A DNA stretch of 64,000 nt, taken from assembly GCF_000150275.1 (NCBI RefSeq), contig NW_002060950.1, positions 1,724,106 through 1,788,105 on the forward strand, read 5' to 3'. Made by a program: the position numbers and the translations under genes. Below, piece by piece: positions 14,911-27,500 of the stretch (position 1 is its first letter; each line of letters begins with the position of its first letter). Under the pieces are notes generated by a model. It saw nothing but the letters and a program-made list of their open reading frames with translations. It was not told the origin of the DNA and made no database searches. The stretch comes from Trichoplax adhaerens. Lineage: Eukaryota > Animalia > Placozoa.

Positions 14911-16459
14911 CTAATTGCGTCTCGAGAGTTTATGTATACATCTATACAATATTTGTGTGTTCTATTTGAAAGATAAGATTATGTTGAGATATCAGTAGGT
15001 ACATTTAAAATTATTTTATACCCTTTAAATTCGGGAAATTCCTATCAGACACCGGAGCTCAATTCTTTTTTCAATATGAGATATCCTTTAATAAAAGATC
15101 TTGAATCTAAACAAGAATAGAATATACTGTAGATTACTTCTCAAGAGGTTGTGTTACTTGTGTATACGCCTATACAATATTTTGTGACATCATTCGATTC
15201 TTGAATAAAATAGTGGATATCATCATAAATAGGAAATTATCGATCAATTGGGGTAGATGGAATGATATCATCGTCTATTTTATGCCAATTAAAGCTACTC
15301 GTATAGTACACCATTGGATTGGCATTTAAATAAAATAGCCTGTGTGAGCGTAACCATAGGAAAATGGTAATGGAGAGGGGTAGATGGATTGATTGACTAA
15401 TCTTGTCGAGATTAATCGTCTACCTTTGTTGTGGAAATCAAACTTTGTATGCGTATATCATTCCATTGGCGCTGCATTGGAGAATATGGAAATGTACTCG
15501 TATATTCCATTCATATCATTTCAACCCTTGAATTGGATGTGAGTTAACTTGAGAAATTGACGATATCTATGTCGTACGAAGCATCATAGGCTGTATCACC
15601 CAAGGTCCTTAATTTGGCATTCGGTGCATTGATATTATTTGCATATATGTCATTTCTTAGACTACAGTAAGTGATAAATGGTATCGGAAATTCGGAATAT
15701 AGATCACGAATAGATCAATCGTACTGTGTTCGTTGTTCCGATAGGATAGACCTTACAAGTAAAGATCGAGAAGTAATAAAAGCAACTACACTATAACTTA
15801 CTGTTAATGTGGTCATTTTATTACAATCTACTCGTGGAAAACTCGCTTGTCAATACTTTTGCGTACTATATACTTTCTGTTTTCGATTTCTATACACGGT
15901 ATGTACTTTACTGTATCCCTTCCGATCTATTCTATTTTCACAATCAATCTCAATTCTGAAGGATAGAACAACAACTCCAAGATAAAGCTACAGCATATTC
16001 ATATCCCGTACATTAGTCAGTGGTCTATGGCTTAATTCATTCCTGTTGTATTTTATTCAATCAACTCATCGTCATTCACTAGTCAATCTTGTTCCGTCGT
16101 TTCTTTTAAGGTAGATCAATAGCCGTTATCGTTGTTGTCGGATAGAATGCGAGTCCAGAGTCCAGACGATCACGCACGTCTAGTACAACTCGGTCTCTTC
16201 GACTTGCTGGATAGAAATTAAGGGTTTCTACTCTCTATTGTGCAATGTATTTATTTACTTGTTGTTGTTTTTCTATCTTCATGAAAGAGGCTGAGGAAAA
16301 TAGGACAGTTCCTGTCCAGCCATTGCGAGATTGTCGCATCGTGGACAGCGGTCAAGTCCCATGCTAATATGGTGTTTATTGACTGAAGTACGTGTACTCG
16401 TCCAGTTTACTGCCCTGAGCTGTTGTAGTCTCTGTACAGTACTGTCCGCCATACTATCG

Positions 16460-16960
16460 CAATCTATCCCGCTCGATTGATAGAATCGATTTTGACTGGC
16501 CATGAACCCAATCGAGTGTTTCCACTTACTCGTCTCTATCTATCGATCGATCAGAGAAAAAGAACATTGCCACTGTGTCATATCTATAAGAACTTGACTT
16601 AGAAATGGATACTGTATCATGGGGCATTCTATTCAATAGTGAAGCCAATGTTTAATTAAAGAACATCAAACTCATGTACAGTACTGCAATATTAGGGGCT
16701 TGTGAGAGAGAGAGAAAGAAAGAAATCTCTCTACCGTAATCAATCCCGCGCGATTGATAGAATCCATTTTGACTGGCCATGAACGCAACCGAGTGTTCTA
16801 TCTAGCGATCAGAGAAGAAGAACATTGCCACTGTGTCATATCTACAAGAACTTAACTTGGAAATGGATACTATATCATGGGGCAGTCTACTCACTAGTCA
16901 AGCTAATGAGTACCGTAATATTAGGGGCTTGTGAGAGAAAGAGAAAGAACTCTCTCTCTC
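16460..16960. repeat. Tandem duplication, 2 copies of ~220-280 bp
   Basis: GATTGATAGAATC..TTTTGACTGGCCATGAAC...AGAACATTGCCACTGTGTCATATCTA...ATATTAGGGGCTTGTGAGAGA occurs at ~16460-16732 and again at ~16738-16960. Confidence 0.9.
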
Positions 16961-16988
16961 AAGTCAGAGAAATGGTCAAAAGCAAAAG

Positions 16989-17266
16989 TATAGACCACTA
17001 TTACAGGGGCGTGACGAGCCTTGTAAAATGGTTGAAAGATGTTGAGCTGTAGTGTTGCCTTCAATTATATCTTTCAATTGTGAAGAAATGGACTTTTAAT
17101 TTAGCTGCAATTCCATGCAGATAGATTAGTATAACCTTGAGCAATTGGCTCTTGATATTTTGATTACTTTTAATGGCAGTATAGAAAAATTGTATTTTCT
17201 TTCAAGTTTCCAAAACAACCAGTCGCTCCAACCATTTTACAAGTCACGTTGTAATACCGGTCTATA
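16989..17266. mobile_element. Probable MITE (non-autonomous DNA transposon) with ~40-bp imperfect terminal inverted repeats
   Basis: The left end TATAGACCacTATTACAggggCGTGACgagcCTTGTAAAATGGTTG (16989-17034) is mirrored by CAACCATTTTACAAGTCACGtTGTAATAccGGTCTATA (17229-17266). TA lies at both ends and the interior is non-coding. Confidence 0.55.
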
Positions 17267-17460
17267 TAGTACACAAGGTAAAACGAGCGAGGGATCTACT
17301 ACAAGAGTTATGAGAGAAAAATCACCACAAACTGTCTTATACAGTTAGCCCAGTCGATCGATATGTCTAGAGGAACTTAACCCAGAAGTAAAAAAATGGA
17401 TATTCCAATAGGGGTTCTGGAATGAAAACGACGTCTGCACTGTACTGTGCATCGCTCGAC

Positions 17461-18065
17461 GCCATAGTGATTGCCTTCAGTAAATCAATCCATCAAAATA
17501 CACTAAGGACAAGAGCATCCATGATATGGAAGGAAAATGCAAGCGTCCAGTTATCCACACTTCTGTATACTGCCCTGCTCTAGCATCCAATTGTCCATAC
17601 TTCTGTATACTGCCCTGCTTTGGTGTCCAATTGTCCATATCACACTATACGGTACCATACATCATTTCATGCCATAGTGATTGCACTCAGTAAATCAATC
17701 AATCGAAATACACTAGGAATAAGAGCGTAATTTAATGATAGGGAAGGAAGATGCAAAATTCTGCTCTAGCGTCCACTAGTCCATACTTCTGTATACTGCT
17801 CTGCTCTAGCGTCCAATTGTCCATACTTCTGTATACTACCCCGTATGGAAAGAAAACAACTACGGTGAACTACCACGCTATACGGTACCGTACATCGTTT
17901 CATGCCATAGTGATTGCGCTCAGTAAATCAAACAATCAAAATACACTCTGGACAAGAGCGTAATTCAATGATAGGGAAGGAAGATGCAAAATTCTGCTCT
18001 AGCGTCTAGTATTCCATACCTCTGTATACTAGCCTCCATGGCCATGGAAAGAAAACAACTACCGC
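17461..18065. repeat. Tandem triplication of a ~210-230 bp unit upstream of ATRN
   Basis: GCCATAGTGATTGC..TCAGTAAATCAA...AAATACACT..G..AAGAGC starts at 17461, 17671 and 17904, with internal TCCATACTTCTGTATACT sub-repeats. Confidence 0.9.
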
Positions 18066-18242
18066 ACTACTCTGTACCGTATAGCAGCAGTGCGCACTGT
18101 ATTGAATCGATTCAATGAAAATAGCACCTCAATCGCTCGCTACACCGGTGTTCACCTCGGTCCACTGAGTGCACTCCTCGATTGTGTGTGCATCCAATTG
18201 TCCGCCCATCCGTATATGAGGATGGAGTAGAGTGTAATGCCT

Positions 18243-18362
18243 CGTACTGAATTGTACTGTACACTGTGCAGTATCGGGAAAGAAAAACCACTACGGTACT
18301 GTACTGTACTGTACAGTACAGTACCGTCCTGCAGTTGGTACCATACTGTACTCGTACTGTAG
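18243..18362. promoter_or_regulatory. GTAC-rich palindromic island upstream of ATRN
   Basis: Contains the perfect 24-bp palindrome GTACTGTACTGTACAGTACAGTAC. The island ends ~175 bp before the ATG. The regulatory role is inferred from position. Confidence 0.5.
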
Positions 18363-18536
18363 GTAGAGAGTAGCGATCCTCCCATTTCACTTTGGAAACG
18401 CAACGTTAACTTTTCTAGTCAATAACACCATTTTTTTTTTGGAGGAAAGCAAGAGTGGTTGTAGTCAAACTGTCGATATTGACATTCATGAAAGCGTATC
18501 AACTATCGTAATTATCCTCTATCGTAACTCGATGCC

Positions 18537-21500
18537 ATGAGATACTTTATCAATCTTGTGACTATACTGTTTATTTTGATTTTCTTGGCGTATGGAAATT
18601 CTTCATGCTTACCCCAACGATGCAAGAATGGAGAATGCAATGGTAGCGAGTGCCAATGTTATAAAGGTTTTACTGGCCCTACTTGTACTGAATGTTATAG
18701 TCGAAGAATGTAAGTATATCGCTATGATAGACCAATCTTGTTATGTTTTTATAGTTGACCAAGCATCGATGTTAGACGCAATATCGATGGTATTATGCCT
18801 CATTTGCATAATTTTATTGACGATCAAGTAGGGGATTACCGTACAAACTAGGATCAAGGGTTCACTCTCTTCCAAACGATATCAAGTAGTACAACTTACA
18901 TAGGAGTAAAATAGCTATTTGTAGTCATCAATCTTTTCTTATTACAACATTGAAGTGAGTACCGATGGACGATCGACTATCCCTTGTTATCAATGGGGAA
19001 TTATTTTGATGTACAGCCCAGGAGAGTCAGTGTGTCCAATCAAGACAAGACTGCCTACAGGATGATACAACACTACGTAATGTCAACTAGATTTGACCGC
19101 TGCATTGCCCTTGACTTACGTGTAGACTCGTATACTATAGAATAGACAATATCAACGTAATAGAGTGCCTTTGGCTTCATCATCAAATTGGACTTGTATT
19201 GAAAATAATTTCTGTAAAAAAGTTAAAGAAAGAGCCTGGGACGATTTTGCAATCATTCTATTGATCACGGCGATCATGCTGTAGAGAGGATTCTTTTCTA
19301 TACGCCTTGACAACACCAATCCAAGTTCGCATATACGCATTCTATTTCGATTAACTTGAACTCATTAGCCTTTCGACCTAAAGATGCCAATCGCACTTGA
19401 TATAAATTGTCTTACTTACTTTAGTCTTTATCATCGCATGCTTCTATGATTTCTATTTGCAAGTGACTTGTAATCGTATGGTAAGTCTAGTCACAGCCTT
19501 TTTATAAAAAAAGGAATTATCATTACTATATCAATGTTGCTCTTTCCATAATAAGATTGGATTCAACGTTACCGGTGTAGAAAATGCATACTACACTATT
19601 CTACTTGTACTGACTGTAAAGTCATCCAATGCTACAGTCAGAGCTTTATCATGGTACCCTATATCATCTTTCTTAGTAAAAATTATAGACAACCTGATCA
19701 ATCCAATAATGAATGGAGCAAAAGTGATTTTTCTTTGATACAAAATGCCACAAGGAAATGGGCCATACTGAATCCGCAAGTGGAATGGATTGTCCATTCC
19801 CAATATCATGCAAATTGTATTATTACGTAGTCTATTTTGATACCGTATACCAGTGGTATAAAGCTATGATGAAAGGAACATCCGTCATACCATCCGTCCT
19901 TTACACGGCTATCGTCGTTCTCCTGGGTCGACTCGAGAGGTAAAGTACCCAAAATAGAGCTAGACATAAAGGATTACTATAGCAAACCACTAGCAACCCC
20001 ATATGACTTGATTGACCCGTAGTATCGTTGAGCTACAAGTCAAGGTTACTGCCCATATTGGACGTATCCGACTATAGTATTGACTGCAACTGCAAGGGTC
20101 AGACAGTGACTGACTGCAAACGAGGACGGTTGCCAATGTTACGCTGAGAATGCACGGTCATGACGGAGTAAAATAAAAAGGAAACCTTGATTTTACCTCC
20201 ATGATTTCACTAGATTAGAACATACGGTACGATTTCCATCGCTAATCAATCAATTGATTGCAAGCACTTACTGTATAGTGGTATGTAGTTCATCTCTTCT
20301 TCCATAACATGCTTCTAGATAGCATGTTATTAGTGAGTAATAAGAACACAAGATGCAGTAATAACTGTCGATAAATGGGCAGATGGTTCATTTTGCTCCA
20401 ACAACGTTATGCTTAGGCTACAATGGATTCATAATTTGTACGTGGTGGATGCATACAAGATAGAAGAGTCATACTAGATGTATTCTCGGGCTATAGTATT
20501 GGATGGAATTGCAAGAGTCACACAGTTACTGATTGCTAACGAGGACGGTTGCCAATGTTATGCTGAGAATACACGGTCATGACCGAGCAAAATAAAAAGG
20601 AAACCTTGATTTTACCTCCATGATTTCACTAGATTGTAACGTACGGTACGATTTGCATCGCTAATAAATCAATTGATTGCAAGCACTTACTGTATAGCAG
20701 TATGTAGTGTATCTCTTCTTCCATAACATACTTCTAGATAGCATGTTATTAGTGAGAAATACAACACAAGATACAGCAGTAACCGTCAATAATAGACAGA
20801 TGATTCATTTTGCTCCAACAACGTTATGCTGATAGTACAATTGATTCATAATTTGTACGTGGTAAATGCGCACAAGATAGATGAACGATACTAGATGTAT
20901 GCTGTAAAGTTATACACTAAACTGCAACAATAGGATCATATTTTCCGCCTCCAATTATACCATGCAGATAAAGTTAACCATCTTGCTCGACTTCCAGTCG
21001 AGCGCTGAGGATACCTACCTCCAACACCGATTTCTTGAAATATTGTCACAAATGATGAATCACCTTTACTTTTGACCCTTCATGATGGCGTAATAAAGGA
21101 CTTGATTAATAACAATATAAGTTCAAACATACAGTATTGAGAAACAACGACCACGAGATGATCATCAGCAAAGATCGTGCTTGCACTAGTCTATTTCGTA
21201 AGTTGTGCGTGTAGACAGTATCTCTATTCTAGATAGACGGTAGTTTTCAGCGGTAAAAACGTAAAATTAATAGATCATATCGTGAAAGGGTAGCAGAAAA
21301 ATACTCTATTATTAATCTGTGATCTATAGACGAAATAGTACCGTATGAATAACCGATCGTGCTAGGCATGGTTTAGAAAATAGTAACAAACATGATTGAA
21401 CGTCATGTCAGAAAGTAAATTTGAATTATAGTAATTGTTATTTGGGTGTTGGACGATATGCACAACGTTTATATCAAAGCCGTACTAATACCCCTATGGT

Positions 21501-24500
21501 AGAAACAAGGAAGAAAAATCTACCACATATCAAATGTTAAATATCCTTTTCTACCATATAAAATCTATTTTTTTTGAAGAATTTCCCGCAACACGACGTT
21601 GGGATTAACATACAACATAGTACAATAGGTTGAAAAATAACTTGCTCTTTCCAGTTTAATACTACTCCTGAATGATGCTTCGGAAACTGTTGATTAACGT
21701 TTTACAATAATATATGCCAGCATCTGTCAGAACTCAACAATATTTCCTTCCATCTATTAATTTAAAGTTCATTGTAACTAAAATCTATTTTACCGTGCTA
21801 TGATTTTGAATAGAAATAAGTTACCCTATATAATTGATTTATTTATCATATTTGCTTGCAGTTTGACAGAACCAAAGGGTCGTATTGTCGAATCTCCTCA
21901 TCATTACCAAACTAACGTGAATTGCTCTTGGTTAATTGAAAGTGGAACGTAAGTTGATCTATTTGCTAACTGCATCATATTCTAGACGTGTATCTGTACC
22001 ATAATAAATAGCTATCAGGCTGACGCTATGTCATTTGACTGTAAGCCCAAAGTGATAGCTAGCTACATTGAAGCATAATTGAAGTAGGTGTTTTTCTATA
22101 AGAATATCGTAAAAACAGTTTTACACAAAGTGCTGGATAACGAATTTTACTTTACTAGCGTTATTTTATTCTGGGTATATTGATTACCGCCAATATTCTG
22201 CTATTTCTAGTTACGTACAAGTAGAAGAGTTTATCATGGTGTTTTGTCAACGCCTTTAAATGTTAATTGATCTTGATATCAAATTCTGATGTTTCCATTA
22301 TGCTACGTTACCTGATTTTGGTTAACTAATATTTTATGCCACTATCTATCACTTAATAAAGTGTAAATTAAAAGCGTAAACAATTTAATTACCCTTTAGA
22401 TACTATAAATATAGGCATAGAATAATTAATCGCATACGTAAAATCTAGATAAAGACGCTAATGTCTTGCAATCTATACAGTTAATCGAGTGTCGGATAAA
22501 TAATTTATTTATTTGCTTATTAATACAACTAATTTTTGTGAAGAAAAAATGACATTAAATTAATTTCGTACTTCGTTTCTATGGGTAGTAATAGGGACAG
22601 TGTCACATATAAACGATATACAATATAAAACATTAGTTTTGCTCACACTAATCAGTTTTAGATAGGAGTTGTTTAGCTAGAAAATTTTGCAATGTTGTAA
22701 TTAAATTTATAATGTTCTTCAAGTACATTATTAAAGAAAAGGCATAAGTAATTCATTTACCAATGCAGGAATATTGAACGTTTTATTGTATACTGTAACA
22801 ATGTAGTCAGAAACAGTGTATTCCCATCACTATAGTTTACAACTTTCAATTTAGCGATATAACGATAACAGCTGTAGATTCTGTCATTACTAATTCAGTA
22901 AAATTATTTCCAGATATTCAACACAGTTTTACCACCCGCTTTGCTTAGTTGAACGAGATCTATCCTATCTACGAACTTATCTAATTACGATGATACCGTT
23001 CGATAGTCTCAAAATAGAAACGATTGAAATAATACGCATTGATGCCAATTTCTTCTTATATATCATTTATCTTCTTGTTTTATTATAATATAGTACTGGT
23101 AGCTACATTGAGTAATTGAATAAACCTATTTACCAGCCATATAAATAAACCACTTTTCATGAATTTATTTAGCGTCACACTTTGCTATAGCAGAAATGTT
23201 ACTCGTTATCGCTATTCTATTCCTTTACTGTTACGATCATAGTTGATATAGGCTTATGGTATATCTCGTACCTTCTTTACTATATAGGACTAACACAACA
23301 ATAAGGATAGAATTAACAGAATTTGCCACAGAATGTTCCTGGGACCATTTATATGTTTTCGATGGCCGTGATTCGTTCGCTCCTCTAGTTGCTAGTTTTA
23401 GGTATTGAAATAGAAATTTGATACGGAGGATTTTTATGTATAAAAAATGTTCTATACTTCTTTTGTAATTTAAAAGACCGTATAACTTAGTTGGTTAGAT
23501 ATTTGTAGTTTAACTAATCGATAGATTATTTCAGTTAAAGAAATTCTAAACTAATTTGATAATTTTATTTGCATTCGTAGTGGTATCATTTCACCTCAAA
23601 CTATTACTAATGGAATACAATCTTCGGTACCAACTGTTGTCACCAATTCTGGAGCTGCATTTCTATACTTTTATAGTGATCAAGCTTATGTAACTAAAGG
23701 GTTTAACATTTCTTACAGGTATCGTGTCAAGTTTTACGTCTTATTTTCATTCTTGATGTAAACGTCTTAATTGTAGCTGATTTTAATTAATATCCATGCT
23801 TAGCTAAACATTATACTTTTTTTGACTGATCACCAATTTCAATTCTTATTATATCTGTAGTATGGTGACTTGTATTCATGGATGTTCAGGCAATGGAGTA
23901 TGCATCGATAATGTAAATTGTTTGTGTGATACTGGTTGGACAGGAAGTGATTGTAGCAGTCATGTTTGTTCAGATGGCTGCTCCCTTGTAATCGATCGCA
24001 GTAGTCGTGGTTTCTTTTGTCAATGTTACAAACTAGGTTCGATTAACTCAATATTATATCTATCTTTTATAAAATTACGAATGAAGTATGTACAAATATC
24101 GACCTTTTAATTATATTGCTAATTGTATACAGTCGAATTAGTTTCTTTGGTTGCTGCAAACAGTAGTGATGGCTACTGGAAAGCGCTAATAACCGGCATG
24201 AAAGGTATTCTATTTCTTCGATAGTATTATCAAATATTAGCTTAGATTTGACTGTCTAACAAGTTCAATTTTTGTTGGGTGATACGGCTCAGTTTGTGAT
24301 GAAAAAGCAGTTATTAGTTGTAGAGTAAGCTTATATCGCATAACTTAATATTGGAGCTAAAATAATTTCTCCTTTCTTCTATCAGAAACTAACGAGGGCA
24401 GAGTGTCTCATACGGCGGTTGTTAACGATGGTTATATGTGGGTTTTTGGCGGTTATGCGTTGAAGCAGACATTGCTAAATGATTTTATTAAGTACGTTTA

Positions 24501-27500
24501 GTCTAATTACGAAATTGCTACGTAAAAATTCTGGGTCAATTAAACTTTTCATCCCTGTCTGGTAGTTGCTTCCTATTAATTCTCAAACTTATAATAATTT
24601 CCTTTTGGATAGATTTGACCTCAAGGATAGTATTTGGAGCGCAGTTAGTCCAAATAGTTCTTATGCGATGCCTTCAAGACGTTACGGACATTCTTCAGTA
24701 GCTTACAAGGTTATTCTTAATTACAATTATCTTAATTATTAACATGATTTTACAGAATATATTTTCAGCTATAGAACTATCCTTGAAAGTCTTATTATTG
24801 ACTAAAAATATTTTACTTACAGGACGCAATTTTTATATATGGCGGACAATATGATGGAAAGATCTTTAATGAATTATGGATATACAACATTACTTCAAAT
24901 ATATGGTCTCTTATCCAAAATTTAAAAACAAACTCCTGCTCTCCCTCTAGTATGATTGGCCATTCATCAGTAATCGTTGATGACGTAATGTATACGTTCT
25001 TTGGGTATTCACCAGATTATCAAATCACAAATCTTGTTCAGCAATTCAATATTGGTACTTTATGCTCGAAATCTATATATATATATATTTTATTTGACAA
25101 TACCTATAAAATCTATCAATATTTGCTTACTATTTAATTTCTACGTTTCTAGAATCTCGTGAGTGGAATTGTATTACCACATATGGATCTGCGGTTCGCG
25201 GATTGTACGGTCATACTAGTGTCTATGATAGTGTCACTCAAAAGATTTATGTACATGGAGGCTATTTAGATCGAAGCTTGAGCGCCGAGTCTGGAAGATT
25301 AACCGATTCATTATATGCCTTTGATCCTAGCAATCATTATTGGTTGGTCTAAGCAATTAATGCTAGTTATTACTTTCCTTGAAAATGATCTAATTGGGTA
25401 TTTTATACTTCCAGGATTACTTTAAAAGGTAGCGGTTTGCCACGTTTTCTTCACTCATCTACATTTATAAACGGTAACATGTATGTTTGGGGTGGAAATC
25501 CTCATAATGACACCGTGCAAACTGCAGGAACGGCCAAATGTTATAGTGCCGAATTAATGGTCTACAACACCAGTAAGTACTATCAATCAATAGTAGGTTG
25601 CCACGTTACGATGGCGTAAAAAATTTTATCGTGTAGTATCGATAGCTTTACTGGACCATAATGAAAGCAAACCTTTCCTTTAAGGATGTTATACTTGGAA
25701 AAAGCTCATTTCGGATACTATTCCTTATGATTCTCCCAGATATGGTCATTCGTCGGTTACCTATAACAAGTATAGTACACTGTTAATATGACTAATTTTC
25801 ATGCATTATATTGCCAGACCTTTCTATAATGTTACTATTCAAAATTTTCAGTTAATTATTGGTACAATTATGTTGGAGATAACCTTTGAAATTAATTTAT
25901 TGATCGCAGTTCTATGATCATTTTTGGTGGATTCAGTGGCAAAGTTTATGATGATATTATAATTTATTCTCCATGTAAGTTCAATTTTAAGATCATTGTT
26001 GGACAACATTTATAACGTTTAATATTGAATAATAGGTATAGCTATTTAAAAATATGGTCATACTTGTAAAAATTGATTTCAGTATTTATCGCTTTTCTAA
26101 ATTATTTTGAATGTATTTTATTTGGCTCAGATTACTGCGATTTATGGTTAGATGAATTAACTTGCGTTAGCGATGAAAAGTGCTTTTGGTCAGACAGGAA
26201 ACAGCTGTGTATGTCAGCAAATGTCTCAAACATCAGTATACGTGACAGTTCTTGCGGGGGTACGAATGCAACGATCCAATTTTTTTTGTTTACTGACCAT
26301 ATTTTCGTATTCGATCTAACTATATAAGTCCGTGCGCTATGAGTGTCAGTACATGGCTTGTACTTATTTAATGATTTGATCAAACTAATAGTTACTGTTA
26401 TTTATCCTTGACGATTTAGTGAACTTGCCTTGTCAGTTAGCTGATTCTTGTACGGCATGCGATGCTTACAATCCTATCTGTACCTACTGTGATAAAAGTC
26501 AATGTAATGAACCTACTGTGAAGACTATTTGTGGAATGGTACGTTGATCAAATCTTTGGATTAATAAAACTCCGTTATGAAGTATTACTTCATATTTGAA
26601 TCTCTTTACAGCAGGATAATAATTGCACTGACTCGTACTACAAGCGTGAAGTTTATTCCTGCGAACTTGCTGGTAGCTGCCATGAATGCAAAAGGCGAGA
26701 GTGTTCTTGGGTTAGGCGTTCTATCTCGGGAACTAATGCGTACCTTTGTGTGCACGAATCCAAGAAGAAGTCTGATGGTAGTCTACTAACCTCTTAGTTG
26801 CTGCCTGTTTATAACAAAATCTAATAGGGATATCCATTGTTATATGATAATGGTGAAATGCTATATTGTAAACTTTTTAATTGTAGATGTTGTAACTCAA
26901 GACTGTCCAGCTACATGCGCCTACAAGTCAAGTTGTAATTCATGTGTGCGTACGCCATACTGTATGTGGTGTAAATCCGAAAATCGATGTGTATCATCTG
27001 CTATTTACCCGGCGTTGTTTTCATTTGGTCAATGTTTAGCTTGGACTAGTGGTACCTGCAAAGGTAAAACTTGCATACCTGAGTACTTTTGTATTATTTA
27101 ATTGTATCTGATCATTAGGAACAGTATTCCTTAAGTTTAAACTCAACATTTTTGTTTCATGTTTATGGCTATCACAATTACTAGAAACCCAATGTGAATC
27201 TTTTACTGCTTGTGATGCCTGCCAAGCTGTGCCAGGATGTGGTTGGTGTGAATCCAACATAACTGGTGTTGGAAAATGTATTAGCGGCAGATATGAGGGT
27301 CCAATTCGTTCTTATAATGGATACGTCTACAGCAGAAATGCTACCGTCGATTATTCAGCATGTGATGCGCGCAAATGGTTGTTTGCAAGCTGTCCTGGTA
27401 TGTATAGTTGATTTTAATAGTTACGACTACATTTCTTTGGTAGCTATTATGTCGCTATCTTTACAAACCAATCTTATAGAATACTAGCATCAAACTATAA

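Noticed and set aside
18112-18403. ORFs rich in YCTVQYST (also at 35098-35564, 44950-45159, 50997-51412, 60566-60874)
   Set aside because: Translations of the GTAC pentamer repeats, which happen to lack stop codons. No protein-family signal.
18828-18875. tRNA-like GGTTCA...CCA segment
   Set aside because: No cloverleaf can be built; the D arm and anticodon arm are missing.
26400-26420. U12-type branch-like TCCTTGAC just before an ATRN acceptor
   Set aside because: The matching donor is GTACGA, not the U12 consensus RTATCCTT, so a minor-class intron is not supported.
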